IMG/VR virus record: IMGVR_UViG_3300045972_000807
Coordinates: 32,001 to 96,000 of that record
DNA length: 64,000 bases
Reading direction: 5' to 3' (one strand)
Source: a virus
The notes under the pieces are model-generated. The model made no database searches and had not been told where the DNA came from. It was given only the letters and a program-made list of their open reading frames with translations. Of the stretch, positions 8,873 to 17,865 are shown piece by piece (the stretch's first letter is position 1; the number at the start of each line of letters is the position of its first letter). A program made the position numbers and the translations under genes.

Positions 8873-10118
8873 AGTTGTCACCCAGCCTAGCTTGTATCAG
8901 TAGCACAGTAGACACTGTCTTTTCAAGATCTTTCTTGCCGAACAGGTAAGGCTTTATCTTGTTAGCAATGCCCATTTTTCCTGCATGAGCCAAACCGGTG
9001 TACACCAAAGCCAAGCACAGGTTAAGAGCAGTTACTACGTCAGCGCTGTCCTGTACCAAGTGCCCAAGCCAGCTTATGCCGGTATTTAGTCCCGCCATTC
9101 CCGAGATGCTCAGGATTACGCCAGTGAGACCTTCAGGATCAGCGAACAGGTCAGCAACATCGAAGTGACCTTTGAGGGCCATAACAATGGACGTCATGTT
9201 CAAGTCAGTGTTGGGGTGTCCGGTAAAGGAAGCATTGATCCACAGGTACAGGAGCAGAGCAGCTATAACTACACCGCCTACCTTAGTAAGGATGGGGTGA
9301 GCGTGAAGCACGTCGTCTACCTTGGCTGCACCGGACTTGATCTTGTCCAACCAGCCTTCTTCCTCAAGAGACTTTAGGGTCTCAATTAGCAGTTTAGGTC
9401 CAGCGTGTGCCAGCTTGACAAACGCGTTAACCAGAACCTTGAGGTTGAAGCCTATGCCCTTGAGTAGAGCGAAGATGTCCTTTTGCTTCAAGGCAACGAT
9501 GACATCCTTGATACCAATCTTTAACCCATCGACCAGCTCATGGGTAAGTTCCTTGAGATGGTCCATTAGGGCGCCCAAGGGACCCGGAATACTGAATGCT
9601 GTCTGGACACTTGGGTCCAGCGTATCAATAGTGGAACAGTAGAGCTCGTAGGTTATGTCGTTAGCTGACATAACAGGGTAACGCTTGATACTCTTTGCCA
9701 TACTGCTATGCACAAGGAACTGAGCATTAAGGCCAAGCTCTTTTAGGCACTCGTTAGCGTCAAGGCCCTTGGACTTGGCGTACTTACGAAAGATTTCAAG
9801 AACCTTTTCACAGTCCTCATAGGCCTCAGGAGCATCCTCACGAGTGATATGCTCTTCAGCAATGTAGTTCAACTGCTCAATGGCTTCCTTAGCCTTACGC
9901 TGAACAGCCTCAGGGAGCTTATGGAGTCCAGCACCACCTGTAAGAGGCTTAAGCTCAAAGTCCTTAACTTCCTTTGGGGTGAGTTCATGGTCGTAGGTCA
10001 ACACGCCGTGCCTAACACCATCAATGCCTTGGTTGCTTGGATCGTAATGCACGTAACCTTTAGGTACTGCGCCGAGTCCGGGCGGCCTGTACACTAGGCC
10101 GTATTTGAATTCTGCCAT
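8865..10118 (-). CDS. multidomain protein: N-terminal DarA C-terminal-like domain plus hydrophobic C-terminal domain
   Basis: YGLVYRPPGLGAVPKG...RHGVLTYDHELTPKEVKDFEL resembles the DarA_C consensus. The C-terminal half has several hydrophobic segments (VGGVVIAALLLYLWI). Confidence 0.65.
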   Translation of the reverse strand: MAEFKYGLVYRPPGLGAVPKGYVHYDPSNQGIDGVRHGVLTYDHELTPKEVKDFELKPLTGGAGLHKLPEAVQRKAKEAIEQLNYIAEEHITREDAPEAYEDCEKVLEIFRKYAKSKGLDANECLKELGLNAQFLVHSSMAKSIKRYPVMSANDITYELYCSTIDTLDPSVQTAFSIPGPLGALMDHLKELTHELVDGLKIGIKDVIVALKQKDIFALLKGIGFNLKVLVNAFVKLAHAGPKLLIETLKSLEEEGWLDKIKSGAAKVDDVLHAHPILTKVGGVVIAALLLYLWINASFTGHPNTDLNMTSIVMALKGHFDVADLFADPEGLTGVILSISGMAGLNTGISWLGHLVQDSADVVTALNLCLALVYTGLAHAGKMGIANKIKPYLFGKKDLEKTVSTVLLIQARLGDNYA

Positions 10119-10124
10119 TGTTAT

Positions 10125-11618
10125 TTATCTCCGAATTAGTCCGCCGTTACCCCAACCGTACGGGGTAGCTGGAGATATAGAAAGGCCAATAGGTCCTGTT
10201 GAACCGTAGCGCCCAGCACCTGCTAGGGAACCATCACCGCCAGTTAGGCCCTTAATCAGCAGGTTGCGTTTGACTTGCTTAGCGTCAGCGTCCGCAGCAG
10301 TCTTTATATCGTTAGCAAGGCTCTGATAGAACTGCGTACGATCAACTTCCAAGCTGATTGCTTGACCGGAGAAGTTGTAGGCTTTTTCGCCTTCCAATAG
10401 GTACTGTGCTTGTAGCAATTGGACTTCGGTGTACTTCAACCACAACTCCCGGATCATCGCATCCGCGTTTGTCATATTAAAAGTTGTGAACAGGCCGCCA
10501 GCACCGTTGAAAGTGTCTCGCCCACGGGCCAGCATGGTAACGATCACTGGTACAGAGAACAACTCGTCTTGGAAGCCCATGAGCGTTGTCTTAGCCTTGG
10601 AGATCATAGCCTCAACGCTCTTTACTGCCCTAAGGATAGAAGCGTTAACTACAAACAGCTGACCTGTATCGCGGTAGGCAGTACCGATTTGGTTCTTGTA
10701 CTTCCAAGAAATGATGTAGGGGTCCAAAGACGCCGCAACAGAGTTGGTATCAAAGGCAGCTTGGTAGTACCAGCCCGACGACACACGCTTGCTCTGGTTG
10801 ATCTTAATATCTTTAGCCAGGAGTGTATTGCCTACAGAGGCGTAGACATCCGCGGAGACAGAATCCCAAGCGCGATCAAGAACAATGTCGAGATAAGCCA
10901 AATCACCCACCATTTCGACAGTATCCTGCGCACCCAGGCCCACAGTGAAATTTTCGGCGACGCGGAGGTTCTCAAACGCATATTGGTTTACCGTGTTGTT
11001 AAGGTTAAGTTCCCAGCGAAGCTGGTACGTGTCGTTGGACTCAGAAGGCTCAAGCGTAGACGGAGTGTTGACTACCGCGTGGGCTTCCACCGCAACGGAC
11101 GTAGACGAAGTCGAAATCGTAAAGTCGTAGGCATTGCCGGTAGCATAAACCGTACCGCGTTTGTCCAACAAAGACCAGGTAACGTAGCCGCTGGTGACGT
11201 CTGTACCAGCAGGCAAAATAAAGAATGCCTTGCCAATCGCCGCGCCACCAATATCAATGGTGTCCATCAGAGCTTGGAAGGCAAAAGGGTTTGTATCCTG
11301 GAACTTAACAGCTATGTCTTCGCGAACTGAAACGGCTACGGTAAAGTTGTAATGGATGCCGTTGGAGTCGATGATAGCCAAGCCTATGCCGTAGCTGGTG
11401 CCGTCTAGTCCGCCCGTTACCTGCACGTCCACGATAGCCCCGTTGAGGGCCAACACCGAGAACACCAACGGTGGGTTAGTGGTAGGCGCAAGCGTGTAAG
11501 GCGTGGCGCTTGCGACACTGCTATTTGGGCCAAGTAGCGCAGACAGGTCAATCGGAACTGACCTGTCTTGCCATTGGCTCTTAACGATAACAGCTTGGGT
11601 TTGTGGGTTGTCGATCAT
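10125..11618 (-). CDS. putative neck/head-tail connector protein with N-terminal Ig-like fibre-adaptor domains
   Basis: The N-terminus (K..DRSVPIDLSALL...VQVTGGLDGTSY) resembles phage fibre-adaptor Ig folds. The helical C-terminus (YNFSGQAISLEVDRTQFYQSL) resembles jumbo-phage head-completion proteins. Confidence 0.5.
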   Translation of the reverse strand: MIDNPQTQAVIVKSQWQDRSVPIDLSALLGPNSSVASATPYTLAPTTNPPLVFSVLALNGAIVDVQVTGGLDGTSYGIGLAIIDSNGIHYNFTVAVSVREDIAVKFQDTNPFAFQALMDTIDIGGAAIGKAFFILPAGTDVTSGYVTWSLLDKRGTVYATGNAYDFTISTSSTSVAVEAHAVVNTPSTLEPSESNDTYQLRWELNLNNTVNQYAFENLRVAENFTVGLGAQDTVEMVGDLAYLDIVLDRAWDSVSADVYASVGNTLLAKDIKINQSKRVSSGWYYQAAFDTNSVAASLDPYIISWKYKNQIGTAYRDTGQLFVVNASILRAVKSVEAMISKAKTTLMGFQDELFSVPVIVTMLARGRDTFNGAGGLFTTFNMTNADAMIRELWLKYTEVQLLQAQYLLEGEKAYNFSGQAISLEVDRTQFYQSLANDIKTAADADAKQVKRNLLIKGLTGGDGSLAGAGRYGSTGPIGLSISPATPYGWGNGGLIRR

Positions 11619-11821
11619 AGGGTTTTAAGATGCTCTTGCATCTGCTCCAGCGACCACTGAGCGTGGTGCGTGAGGACTCGGCATGTTTCTTTAGCAGTAG
11701 CATCAAGCCCTGAGCCAGAGTTAACTAGAGAGCCTATACGTTTAACGATAAGCTCCAGCTTTTTGGCTTCAGAGAAAATGTCTGAAGCTGAGCTAGCTGT
11801 TTTAAGGTGCTTGATAGGCAT
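11615..11821 (-). CDS. small hypothetical protein (68 aa), possible internal head protein
   Basis: AGGA RBS; ATGA overlap with the next gene; begins MPIK. Confidence 0.7.
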   Translation of the reverse strand: MPIKHLKTASSASDIFSEAKKLELIVKRIGSLVNSGSGLDATAKETCRVLTHHAQWSLEQMQEHLKTL

Positions 11822-11834
11822 TTTGATTCCTAGA

Positions 11835-12839
11835 TTACAAAGCTGGGCACGAAATTATGGTCTTACGTTTATCAACAAACACCTGTACTAGGGTTTTGTC
11901 GTCGCCGGTAAAGTTAATGTGTCCTTTGAACTGCTTTTGGTCTCGGGTCAAGCCAGAGATCTTAGAGGTAAGCAGTTTAGTCACAGTGTCGGTAGACTCT
12001 CCGCATTCCCAGGCAGTGACCGGATAACCCGGGTTCATTAGCGTCCACGTCTTACTAGTCGCGTAACCTAATTCTTGCATTACCTTTTCAAGCTGTTTGA
12101 AAGTTTTGGAAAGCTTAGGCTTAGCAGCAGTCTCAACCGAAGCCTGGGCAGGTTTGCACTTCTTAGCCAGGTACTGAGCAGTAGGAAGGTCGCAAGTGTA
12201 AACCTTATTGGGGCCGTCCTTCTCTGTAATCAAGCGAATCTTCTTACCGTCAGAAGATTTGCGGACGCCGAACCTGTCCCCAGTCTCCAGGGACACAGTG
12301 CGCTGAGCTTCGTTCATGCCGTCAAAGCCTTTGCCGGTAAACGTGAACCAAGCGTAATCTTCGTTTGGCTTAATTCGAGATTCAATCTCAGCTGAAGAGT
12401 GCACCAGCTTCAGCTGGTTAAGCGTGTACTTTTCAGTCGACCCGTCTGCGCCTTTAGTAACCGCCCAGGGATGACCTGCAGGCTGCTTAGTCGTCTTGGA
12501 AATGTCGGTCATGAAGTCAAGAGCCTCATTCCGAGTCATAGCCTGAGGAGACTTCTGCTGCTTGCTGCCTTCAAAGTAATACACGACGTATTTACCCGGG
12601 ACGCCCGCAGCTAGGATGGGGTCGTTTAACCTGGCCTCGATAAGAAAAGCAGCTGTAAGCACAGTGCCTTCGTCCTTGTCAGAGTCCCACACGCCGTACG
12701 AGCGATCCTTGCCAGGGATCTCAGCAGAGATCGTGTCCTTGCCTTGCTCAATACGACCCTTGAACTGGATCTTTGAAGCTTCGTCCGGGTAGGCCTTCTT
12801 TACAGCAGCTTCCCACTCTTCGTAGTTCTTGATTGGCAT
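11835..12839 (-). CDS. multidomain hypothetical protein, possible internal head protein
   Basis: 334 aa made of about four short domains joined by recurring linker motifs; TAAATG junction. Confidence 0.75.
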   Translation of the reverse strand: MPIKNYEEWEAAVKKAYPDEASKIQFKGRIEQGKDTISAEIPGKDRSYGVWDSDKDEGTVLTAAFLIEARLNDPILAAGVPGKYVVYYFEGSKQQKSPQAMTRNEALDFMTDISKTTKQPAGHPWAVTKGADGSTEKYTLNQLKLVHSSAEIESRIKPNEDYAWFTFTGKGFDGMNEAQRTVSLETGDRFGVRKSSDGKKIRLITEKDGPNKVYTCDLPTAQYLAKKCKPAQASVETAAKPKLSKTFKQLEKVMQELGYATSKTWTLMNPGYPVTAWECGESTDTVTKLLTSKISGLTRDQKQFKGHINFTGDDKTLVQVFVDKRKTIISCPAL

Positions 12840-13334
12840 TTACTTCACCTTGTTCTGTTGAACAGCAGCGTAGAGAGCCTTCATGGATTGGAAGAAGTTC
12901 TCAGCGAACTCAGCTTGGTCTCGCAGAGCTTCTTCCACATAGGCCCGATGTTTGTCCAAGCCGTTGGACCATTTCTCGAATTCCTTAACGGTCTTGGCTT
13001 TCTTGATATTGGAGAAGTCAGGCGCAGCGGGGCCGTCAGCCAGATATTCCATACGTGGGTCAAACGTATCGTGACCCAGGCTATCGAAGTCCACACGGTT
13101 ACCGTTAAGGTTTAAGGCAAATGCCTCTTCCTCGCCGCTGACAGGGTTCTTAAAAGAGAACACCAGGTTTTCACCTGTGCCGTCTACAGCGTTTTTGTCC
13201 ACCTTGAGCTTGATACCGTTGTCAGCAAAGATGCCCACAACAAACTTGCCGGCGTCTTGTGCGTTCATGTCGGCCACGACAGGATTTAAGCTACGAGCCG
13301 CAATTTCCTTCAAGGCGATGTTCTTGATTGTCAT
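12840..13334 (-). CDS. hypothetical protein (164 aa)
   Basis: TAAATG junctions on both sides; GGAG RBS. Confidence 0.8.
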   Translation of the reverse strand: MTIKNIALKEIAARSLNPVVADMNAQDAGKFVVGIFADNGIKLKVDKNAVDGTGENLVFSFKNPVSGEEEAFALNLNGNRVDFDSLGHDTFDPRMEYLADGPAAPDFSNIKKAKTVKEFEKWSNGLDKHRAYVEEALRDQAEFAENFFQSMKALYAAVQQNKVK

Positions 13335-13718
13335 TTACTTGACTCCTTGGTTGTTCATAACGATACGGCCCCGGTAAAGAACTTTTCCAGGTTGCCTGGA
13401 CGATACCGGAGAATTGAATTCGGTGTAAGGCTCTTTGCCTTTGTTGGGGAGCTTCAGTGCTTCCCTAATAGAGTTTTCACCCTGGCTATAAAAGTCTTTG
13501 GAGAGCACTCGGTCAGCCGTAATCTCCACGATGTAAACAAACTTCTTTGTCCGTACATTTTCAGGATAGACAGCGAAGGTACCACCCAGGGCCTTAACGA
13601 TCTTAGCTAGTGCCTTCTCTATGGGCACTACTAGGGCGATAGTTGCCTCTTGATCTGCGGGAGTAACTACCGGAGCCGACAGGACTACCCGTTTGGCGAT
13701 TTGTTCTATTGCGGACAT
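13335..13718 (-). CDS. hypothetical protein (127 aa)
   Basis: TAAATG junctions; AAGGA RBS. Confidence 0.8.
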   Translation of the reverse strand: MSAIEQIAKRVVLSAPVVTPADQEATIALVVPIEKALAKIVKALGGTFAVYPENVRTKKFVYIVEITADRVLSKDFYSQGENSIREALKLPNKGKEPYTEFNSPVSSRQPGKVLYRGRIVMNNQGVK

Positions 13719-13985
13719 TTAGTCTTCCTTGTTAAGTAAACGGGCTGCTATTTCTCTTAGTTTAGCGCTTGCACTAGCCTTGTACAGCGCCCCAGCACCT
13801 GATTGCCTAACTGCCTTGTAGCCTAACTGCCTTAAAGTGTCCACAGCATCTGCTAAGGTAGCCGTATAGAACAGGTTACCTCCGTCCGTGATGGTAACCC
13901 ACGGTGCCGTGGCGTTAGACCTATGCTCTACTGCAGGGAGAAGTGAGCAGGCATCGTAGCCTGCTGGGACTTTAGGAAGAGACAC
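13719..13985 (-). CDS. hypothetical protein (88 aa)
   Basis: GTG start with GGGA upstream; its stop abuts the next ATG. Confidence 0.7.
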   Translation of the reverse strand: MSLPKVPAGYDACSLLPAVEHRSNATAPWVTITDGGNLFYTATLADAVDTLRQLGYKAVRQSGAGALYKASASAKLREIAARLLNKED

Positions 13986-14000
13986 AGTATTAGTCCCGTA

Positions 14001-14276
14001 TTACAGGTATTCAGAAGCTAAAGCCTGCAGCTCAGCTTTAGACAGAGTAAAGTCTTTTCGCGAGCCTTTTTGTACAGCTGATAACTGTATGCTGTTACCC
14101 ACTTTTTTAGCAAGCCCCTTATTGAGTGCCACTTTACCTGGCTCCTCAAAGGTGTCTCCTAGAGAGAATTTTTCAAGAGAAACACCCTTGGGTGCTTGTA
14201 GCTTTGTACTCGTCCAGTTCGTAGAAGTTACTAGACGAGAAGAGATAGCACTAATGGTCGTTTTATTGAAAGTCAT
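14001..14276 (-). CDS. hypothetical protein (91 aa)
   Basis: ATG lies 5 nt after the upstream stop; AAGGA RBS. Confidence 0.75.
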   Translation of the reverse strand: MTFNKTTISAISSRLVTSTNWTSTKLQAPKGVSLEKFSLGDTFEEPGKVALNKGLAKKVGNSIQLSAVQKGSRKDFTLSKAELQALASEYL

Positions 14277-14281
14277 TTTGG

Positions 14282-15505
14282 TTAGTCCTTGTTGATGTTG
14301 ATTAAGATTTGGTTAACAGCTTTGTCTGAGAGGTTGAAGCGTTCCTTGAGGAAGTCCAAGTCTTCTGCTGAAGCCGCGGGGGCATCTGTGCCGCGAAGGA
14401 TAAAGAAGCTAATGCAAGTAGACTTAACTCCCTTGTATTCCTTCTCGGTGATTGCGGCACGCATACGAGCCCGGGTTTTAACCACGAGGCCCTTAACGTC
14501 CAGGTAAAGCTGTTGCTGAATCTTGTCCACCAAAGCCTTATCACGCACGGTGGGCTTGAGGAAGAAGTTCAACTGCTGCTCTTCGCTGTTGCTTTCCACA
14601 GCCGCAATGTGCTCGCTAAACGAGAACAACTCGCGCTTGATGCTCTCAGGCGAGATAAGCAAGTCGATTTGGATACGCTTGATGTTGTTGGCGAAGTGGG
14701 AGATTTGCAGGAGGTCGCTAAGCTCGTTGGCTACGGTTGCCAACTTAGCTGGATTGATCTCGCTGGTCAGCAAAGCATTTGAAGGAGGCTCGAACTCGTG
14801 GAGCACATCCATGAAGTAGGTCTTCTTGCCCATCAGGCCTGAGCCCAGAACAAAGGACACCACAATGAACAGCTGAGGAATACGCGATCCCTTTTCGTCG
14901 ATAACGTCCTTCAGCTCGATGTACGAGCAGTAGCAAAGGTTGTCACCGTCAGGGAACAGGTAGGAGAACGTTGTGGTGTCACCGTAGGCGATTGCACGGC
15001 TAACCAGCTTTTGAATGTTCTTGATAACCAACGCAAACTCTTCAGGCATAGTTTTAGCAGCCTGATTAGAAAGGAAGTTACCGGCATCGGCCAAGCCCTG
15101 AGTGATTTGCTTGCGGACTGAAGCGATACCGGCCAGTGCTGTATTGGAGTCAGCACCCAGCGCCTTGCTCATACGGAGCTTGGCTTCGAGGGCGCCTAGG
15201 GCATCTTTGCTTTCCCAGAGGGACCGTACGATGGCAAAGTTCTTTTCCAAGTTCTTTACCAGTGACGGTTTGAGATTAGACTTGCCCGTAGGCGAGTTCT
15301 TAACATCGGGAGTGCTGAGATCGATAACAAAGTTGTTAGCAGTAGCAATTTTCTTCTGAAAGACTTTCAAAAGGCTAAGGCTGTCCGACACCGACTCTGA
15401 TATCTTAGTGAGGTCGGTTTGAACTTGCTTGAGCGTTGTGTAGGAACGCTCAGCAAACTCTTGTGCTGCGATCTCGCTGTGTGTCTTCAATTTTTTAACG
15501 GACAT
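14282..15505 (-). CDS. putative virion structural protein (407 aa, helical N-terminal half)
   Basis: Long ORF at the head of a tightly coupled gene run; no recognised motif. Confidence 0.75.
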   Translation of the reverse strand: MSVKKLKTHSEIAAQEFAERSYTTLKQVQTDLTKISESVSDSLSLLKVFQKKIATANNFVIDLSTPDVKNSPTGKSNLKPSLVKNLEKNFAIVRSLWESKDALGALEAKLRMSKALGADSNTALAGIASVRKQITQGLADAGNFLSNQAAKTMPEEFALVIKNIQKLVSRAIAYGDTTTFSYLFPDGDNLCYCSYIELKDVIDEKGSRIPQLFIVVSFVLGSGLMGKKTYFMDVLHEFEPPSNALLTSEINPAKLATVANELSDLLQISHFANNIKRIQIDLLISPESIKRELFSFSEHIAAVESNSEEQQLNFFLKPTVRDKALVDKIQQQLYLDVKGLVVKTRARMRAAITEKEYKGVKSTCISFFILRGTDAPAASAEDLDFLKERFNLSDKAVNQILININKD

Positions 15506-15551
15506 AATGTTCCATGCCTTTTATGGGATATACGATTTAAAATTGAACATG

Positions 15552-16877
15552 CTAGTATCTCTTATCAGTGTTTGGGCGTACCATCGAAGGTGTATTTGCC
15601 GAAGCCTGGGGGTTCCGCTTAGGAAGAATTATGTAGAGCTCTTGAGGCTGGCAGGGACGTACCTGGCACTCCCAACCTAGGACCGCCCTACGTTTATCGT
15701 TCCACCAATTGGAACTCGTAACCTGAAAAACTTTACCGTAAGTGCTATCGGTAATAATGTCGCCAGTGTCTACGTAGGGAATAGCAGGGGACATTACGAT
15801 CTGAAACGGGTCCGTGTTCTCAAGCTGAGTTTCCAATGAGGTTTGGTTTAGCTTGGGAAACTCGAACAGAGTCTGATTGTTGGATTGGTTGTACTGAATC
15901 TCAGCGTGTGTTGCGCTTGCGGTATCGGGATCACCTGGGAGCACAAAGGAAAATACGTGGGCGCGGCCGTCGCAGAACCGCTTCAGTTGCGATTCGTCTG
16001 TTAGACGGATTTGGTCTACAAAGATCTGGGCCGGTATAACCTTGTTACCGTTATAGAGGCGTACGCTGTCAATGCTTATTGCACCCATAGGCAGTATGGT
16101 GGGCTTGAAGGTAATAGTGCCGCCTTGGATAAGGGGCACAAAGGGCTCCATGTCTATCAATGCGTTACCCTTTACAGTGGAGTCCAGCATTTGCGATTCA
16201 AGAATAATCCGCACGCCGTTATGCACTAAAAATCCGCCTACATGGCCTGTACCGAAACAGATAGGGCAGGCTACGTCTGTAGAGACATCAAAGCCGAAGT
16301 CCATACCTGTGCCCAATACGTGGTCGAACAGCTCACGAGCAACCGTGCCTTCTCCGCTGACAGGGCCCGCGTCTGAGAAGCCGTCAGAGATTACAACGTC
16401 CGAGTTGGACGTAGCAAAGTCGTCCTCCTCAATAAAGCCTGTACCGGGGCCGCCCGAGAAGGGCTTGCTTATTAAGGGCTCTTCAGTATCGTACAAACCC
16501 AAGGGAGCCAATTGAACTCCGCCTCCACCACCGCCACCAACCATAGGGCCAAATACAGTCTTGTTGGGCACGGCGCCGTAAGGCATCGTACCAAACTGCT
16601 GACCAGTAAGGAGTTGGTTGATAACGCCCGGGCGCGCGTCGCCGTTCTCGTCCAACAGAGTTTTAGGGACCTTGCTGGCCTTAGACTGGCACGCACAAAT
16701 TATGCCGCACTTCATCTTAGAGTACAAGATAGAAGGGAAGCCTTGTACCTGAAAAGCATTGTCGTAACGGCGTGCTTGCGTGCTGACAATTCGATCTATG
16801 GATTGCCTAGCAACGTCTACAGCCCGAGTGTTAGTCGGGAGGATGCGGTTGTTGGTGGGGCGGTTTACGATTGGCAT
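15552..16877 (-). CDS. putative head-closure/neck protein with Cys zinc-binding motifs
   Basis: Split CAC and CPICFGTG motifs and a C-terminal GDII...YGKVFQV segment resemble jumbo-phage head-closure proteins. Confidence 0.5.
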   Translation of the reverse strand: MPIVNRPTNNRILPTNTRAVDVARQSIDRIVSTQARRYDNAFQVQGFPSILYSKMKCGIICACQSKASKVPKTLLDENGDARPGVINQLLTGQQFGTMPYGAVPNKTVFGPMVGGGGGGGVQLAPLGLYDTEEPLISKPFSGGPGTGFIEEDDFATSNSDVVISDGFSDAGPVSGEGTVARELFDHVLGTGMDFGFDVSTDVACPICFGTGHVGGFLVHNGVRIILESQMLDSTVKGNALIDMEPFVPLIQGGTITFKPTILPMGAISIDSVRLYNGNKVIPAQIFVDQIRLTDESQLKRFCDGRAHVFSFVLPGDPDTASATHAEIQYNQSNNQTLFEFPKLNQTSLETQLENTDPFQIVMSPAIPYVDTGDIITDSTYGKVFQVTSSNWWNDKRRAVLGWECQVRPCQPQELYIILPKRNPQASANTPSMVRPNTDKRY

Positions 16878-16885
16878 CTTTAACC

Positions 16886-17728
16886 TTACGGGGATGTTGG
16901 TGAAGGCGTTTCTAGGGCCTTATTCAGTGCGGGCATAAACGGCGCGCTACCCGGAATTAAAGCTGGTAGCAGTAACGGGGCGATTGAGAGTACGCCGTCC
17001 TTGATCTTACTAACTACAAGGAGTGGCGTACTTTCCTCTGTAGACACTGTTGTGGGGTCGATAGAGGTATCGTACAACAATGTCTGTAGCTCAGAAGCTG
17101 AAGCCGGTGTAATGCTACACCCCACGATGCGAACAGAGTTGTAGGCGTCTATGAGGGCGTTCAATTGCCGAATAGCGTCGTCTCCATCCTGTGCTATTGC
17201 GTGGAGAGATTGTTGAGTCGCGTCGTCAGGTCGGCATTGCGCTTGGTTCCCAGTTCCACCGGTAAGGGCGGGATCACTGTTGCCTTGTACACCGTCGGCG
17301 GGATGTTGGACGAGTTGACCACTGGCGGTTTGGTTGTTGAGCACGCCGACATTAGCAGCAGGCTTGCTATGAAAAACGAGCGGTTTGTTAGCTGTGGGAT
17401 TCTTGTGTGCATACTGATTCTCCTGTTTGAGGTTACCTGCGATATTATTAACATTATCCTGAAGGACTGTGCTGTTGCCCTGGGCTATACCGTTGGCAGT
17501 AGCCGCAGCTACGCTGTAGTCGCTCTTGAGTTTGTCGACTACCTTTTGGTCTTCAACAACCTTTGCGGCTAAGGCTGCGTCCCCCTTACGGGCTGCCACA
17601 TAGTAACCTGAGCCATAGATACCAATTGCTATCGCAACAACCGTTACTATCTTTGCCAGAAGGATATACGGTGTCGCGGGATTAGCTACGGGAATTACTG
17701 CGGCTGCTATTTCTGATTCTATACTCAT
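16886..17728 (-). CDS. Rz-like inner-membrane spanin (i-spanin) with extended C-terminus
   Basis: N-terminal TM (IVTVVAIAIGIYGSGYYVA), coiled coil, and IAQDGDDAIRQLNALIDAY helix. Contains an embedded lipoprotein gene. The ATG at 17728 has an AGGAG RBS. Confidence 0.8.
   Translation of the reverse strand: MSIESEIAAAVIPVANPATPYILLAKIVTVVAIAIGIYGSGYYVAARKGDAALAAKVVEDQKVVDKLKSDYSVAAATANGIAQGNSTVLQDNVNNIAGNLKQENQYAHKNPTANKPLVFHSKPAANVGVLNNQTASGQLVQHPADGVQGNSDPALTGGTGNQAQCRPDDATQQSLHAIAQDGDDAIRQLNALIDAYNSVRIVGCSITPASASELQTLLYDTSIDPTTVSTEESTPLLVVSKIKDGVLSIAPLLLPALIPGSAPFMPALNKALETPSPTSP
17194..17412 (-). CDS. Rz1-like outer-membrane lipoprotein spanin (o-spanin), embedded in Rz in another frame
   Basis: Own AGGAG RBS before ATG 17412; signal peptide with lipobox (LLMSA-C); Pro-rich mature part. 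Confidence 0.8.
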   Translation of the reverse strand: MHTRIPQLTNRSFFIASLLLMSACSTTKPPVVNSSNIPPTVYKATVIPPLPVELGTKRNADLTTRLNNLSTQ

Positions 17729-17865
17729 TTTGATCTGCTCCTGTCTGTATCTACCTAAAAACACCCATTTCTAAGTGCGCCTGAAAGTACCTAAAATAGC
17801 CGGGGAATCTACCTGTACCTAGTACAGTGTACCGTTATCCACTCTTGCCATCTACCACCTGTTCT

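Noticed and set aside
10419-11330. 303-aa plus-strand ORF and the many other plus-strand ORFs
   Set aside because: All lie antisense to well-supported minus-strand genes and show no motifs. Codon bias and repeats explain the open shadow frames.
17819-17851. 10-codon ORF MARVDNGTLY in the spanin leader
   Set aside because: It is too short, has no compositional signal and cannot be distinguished from chance.
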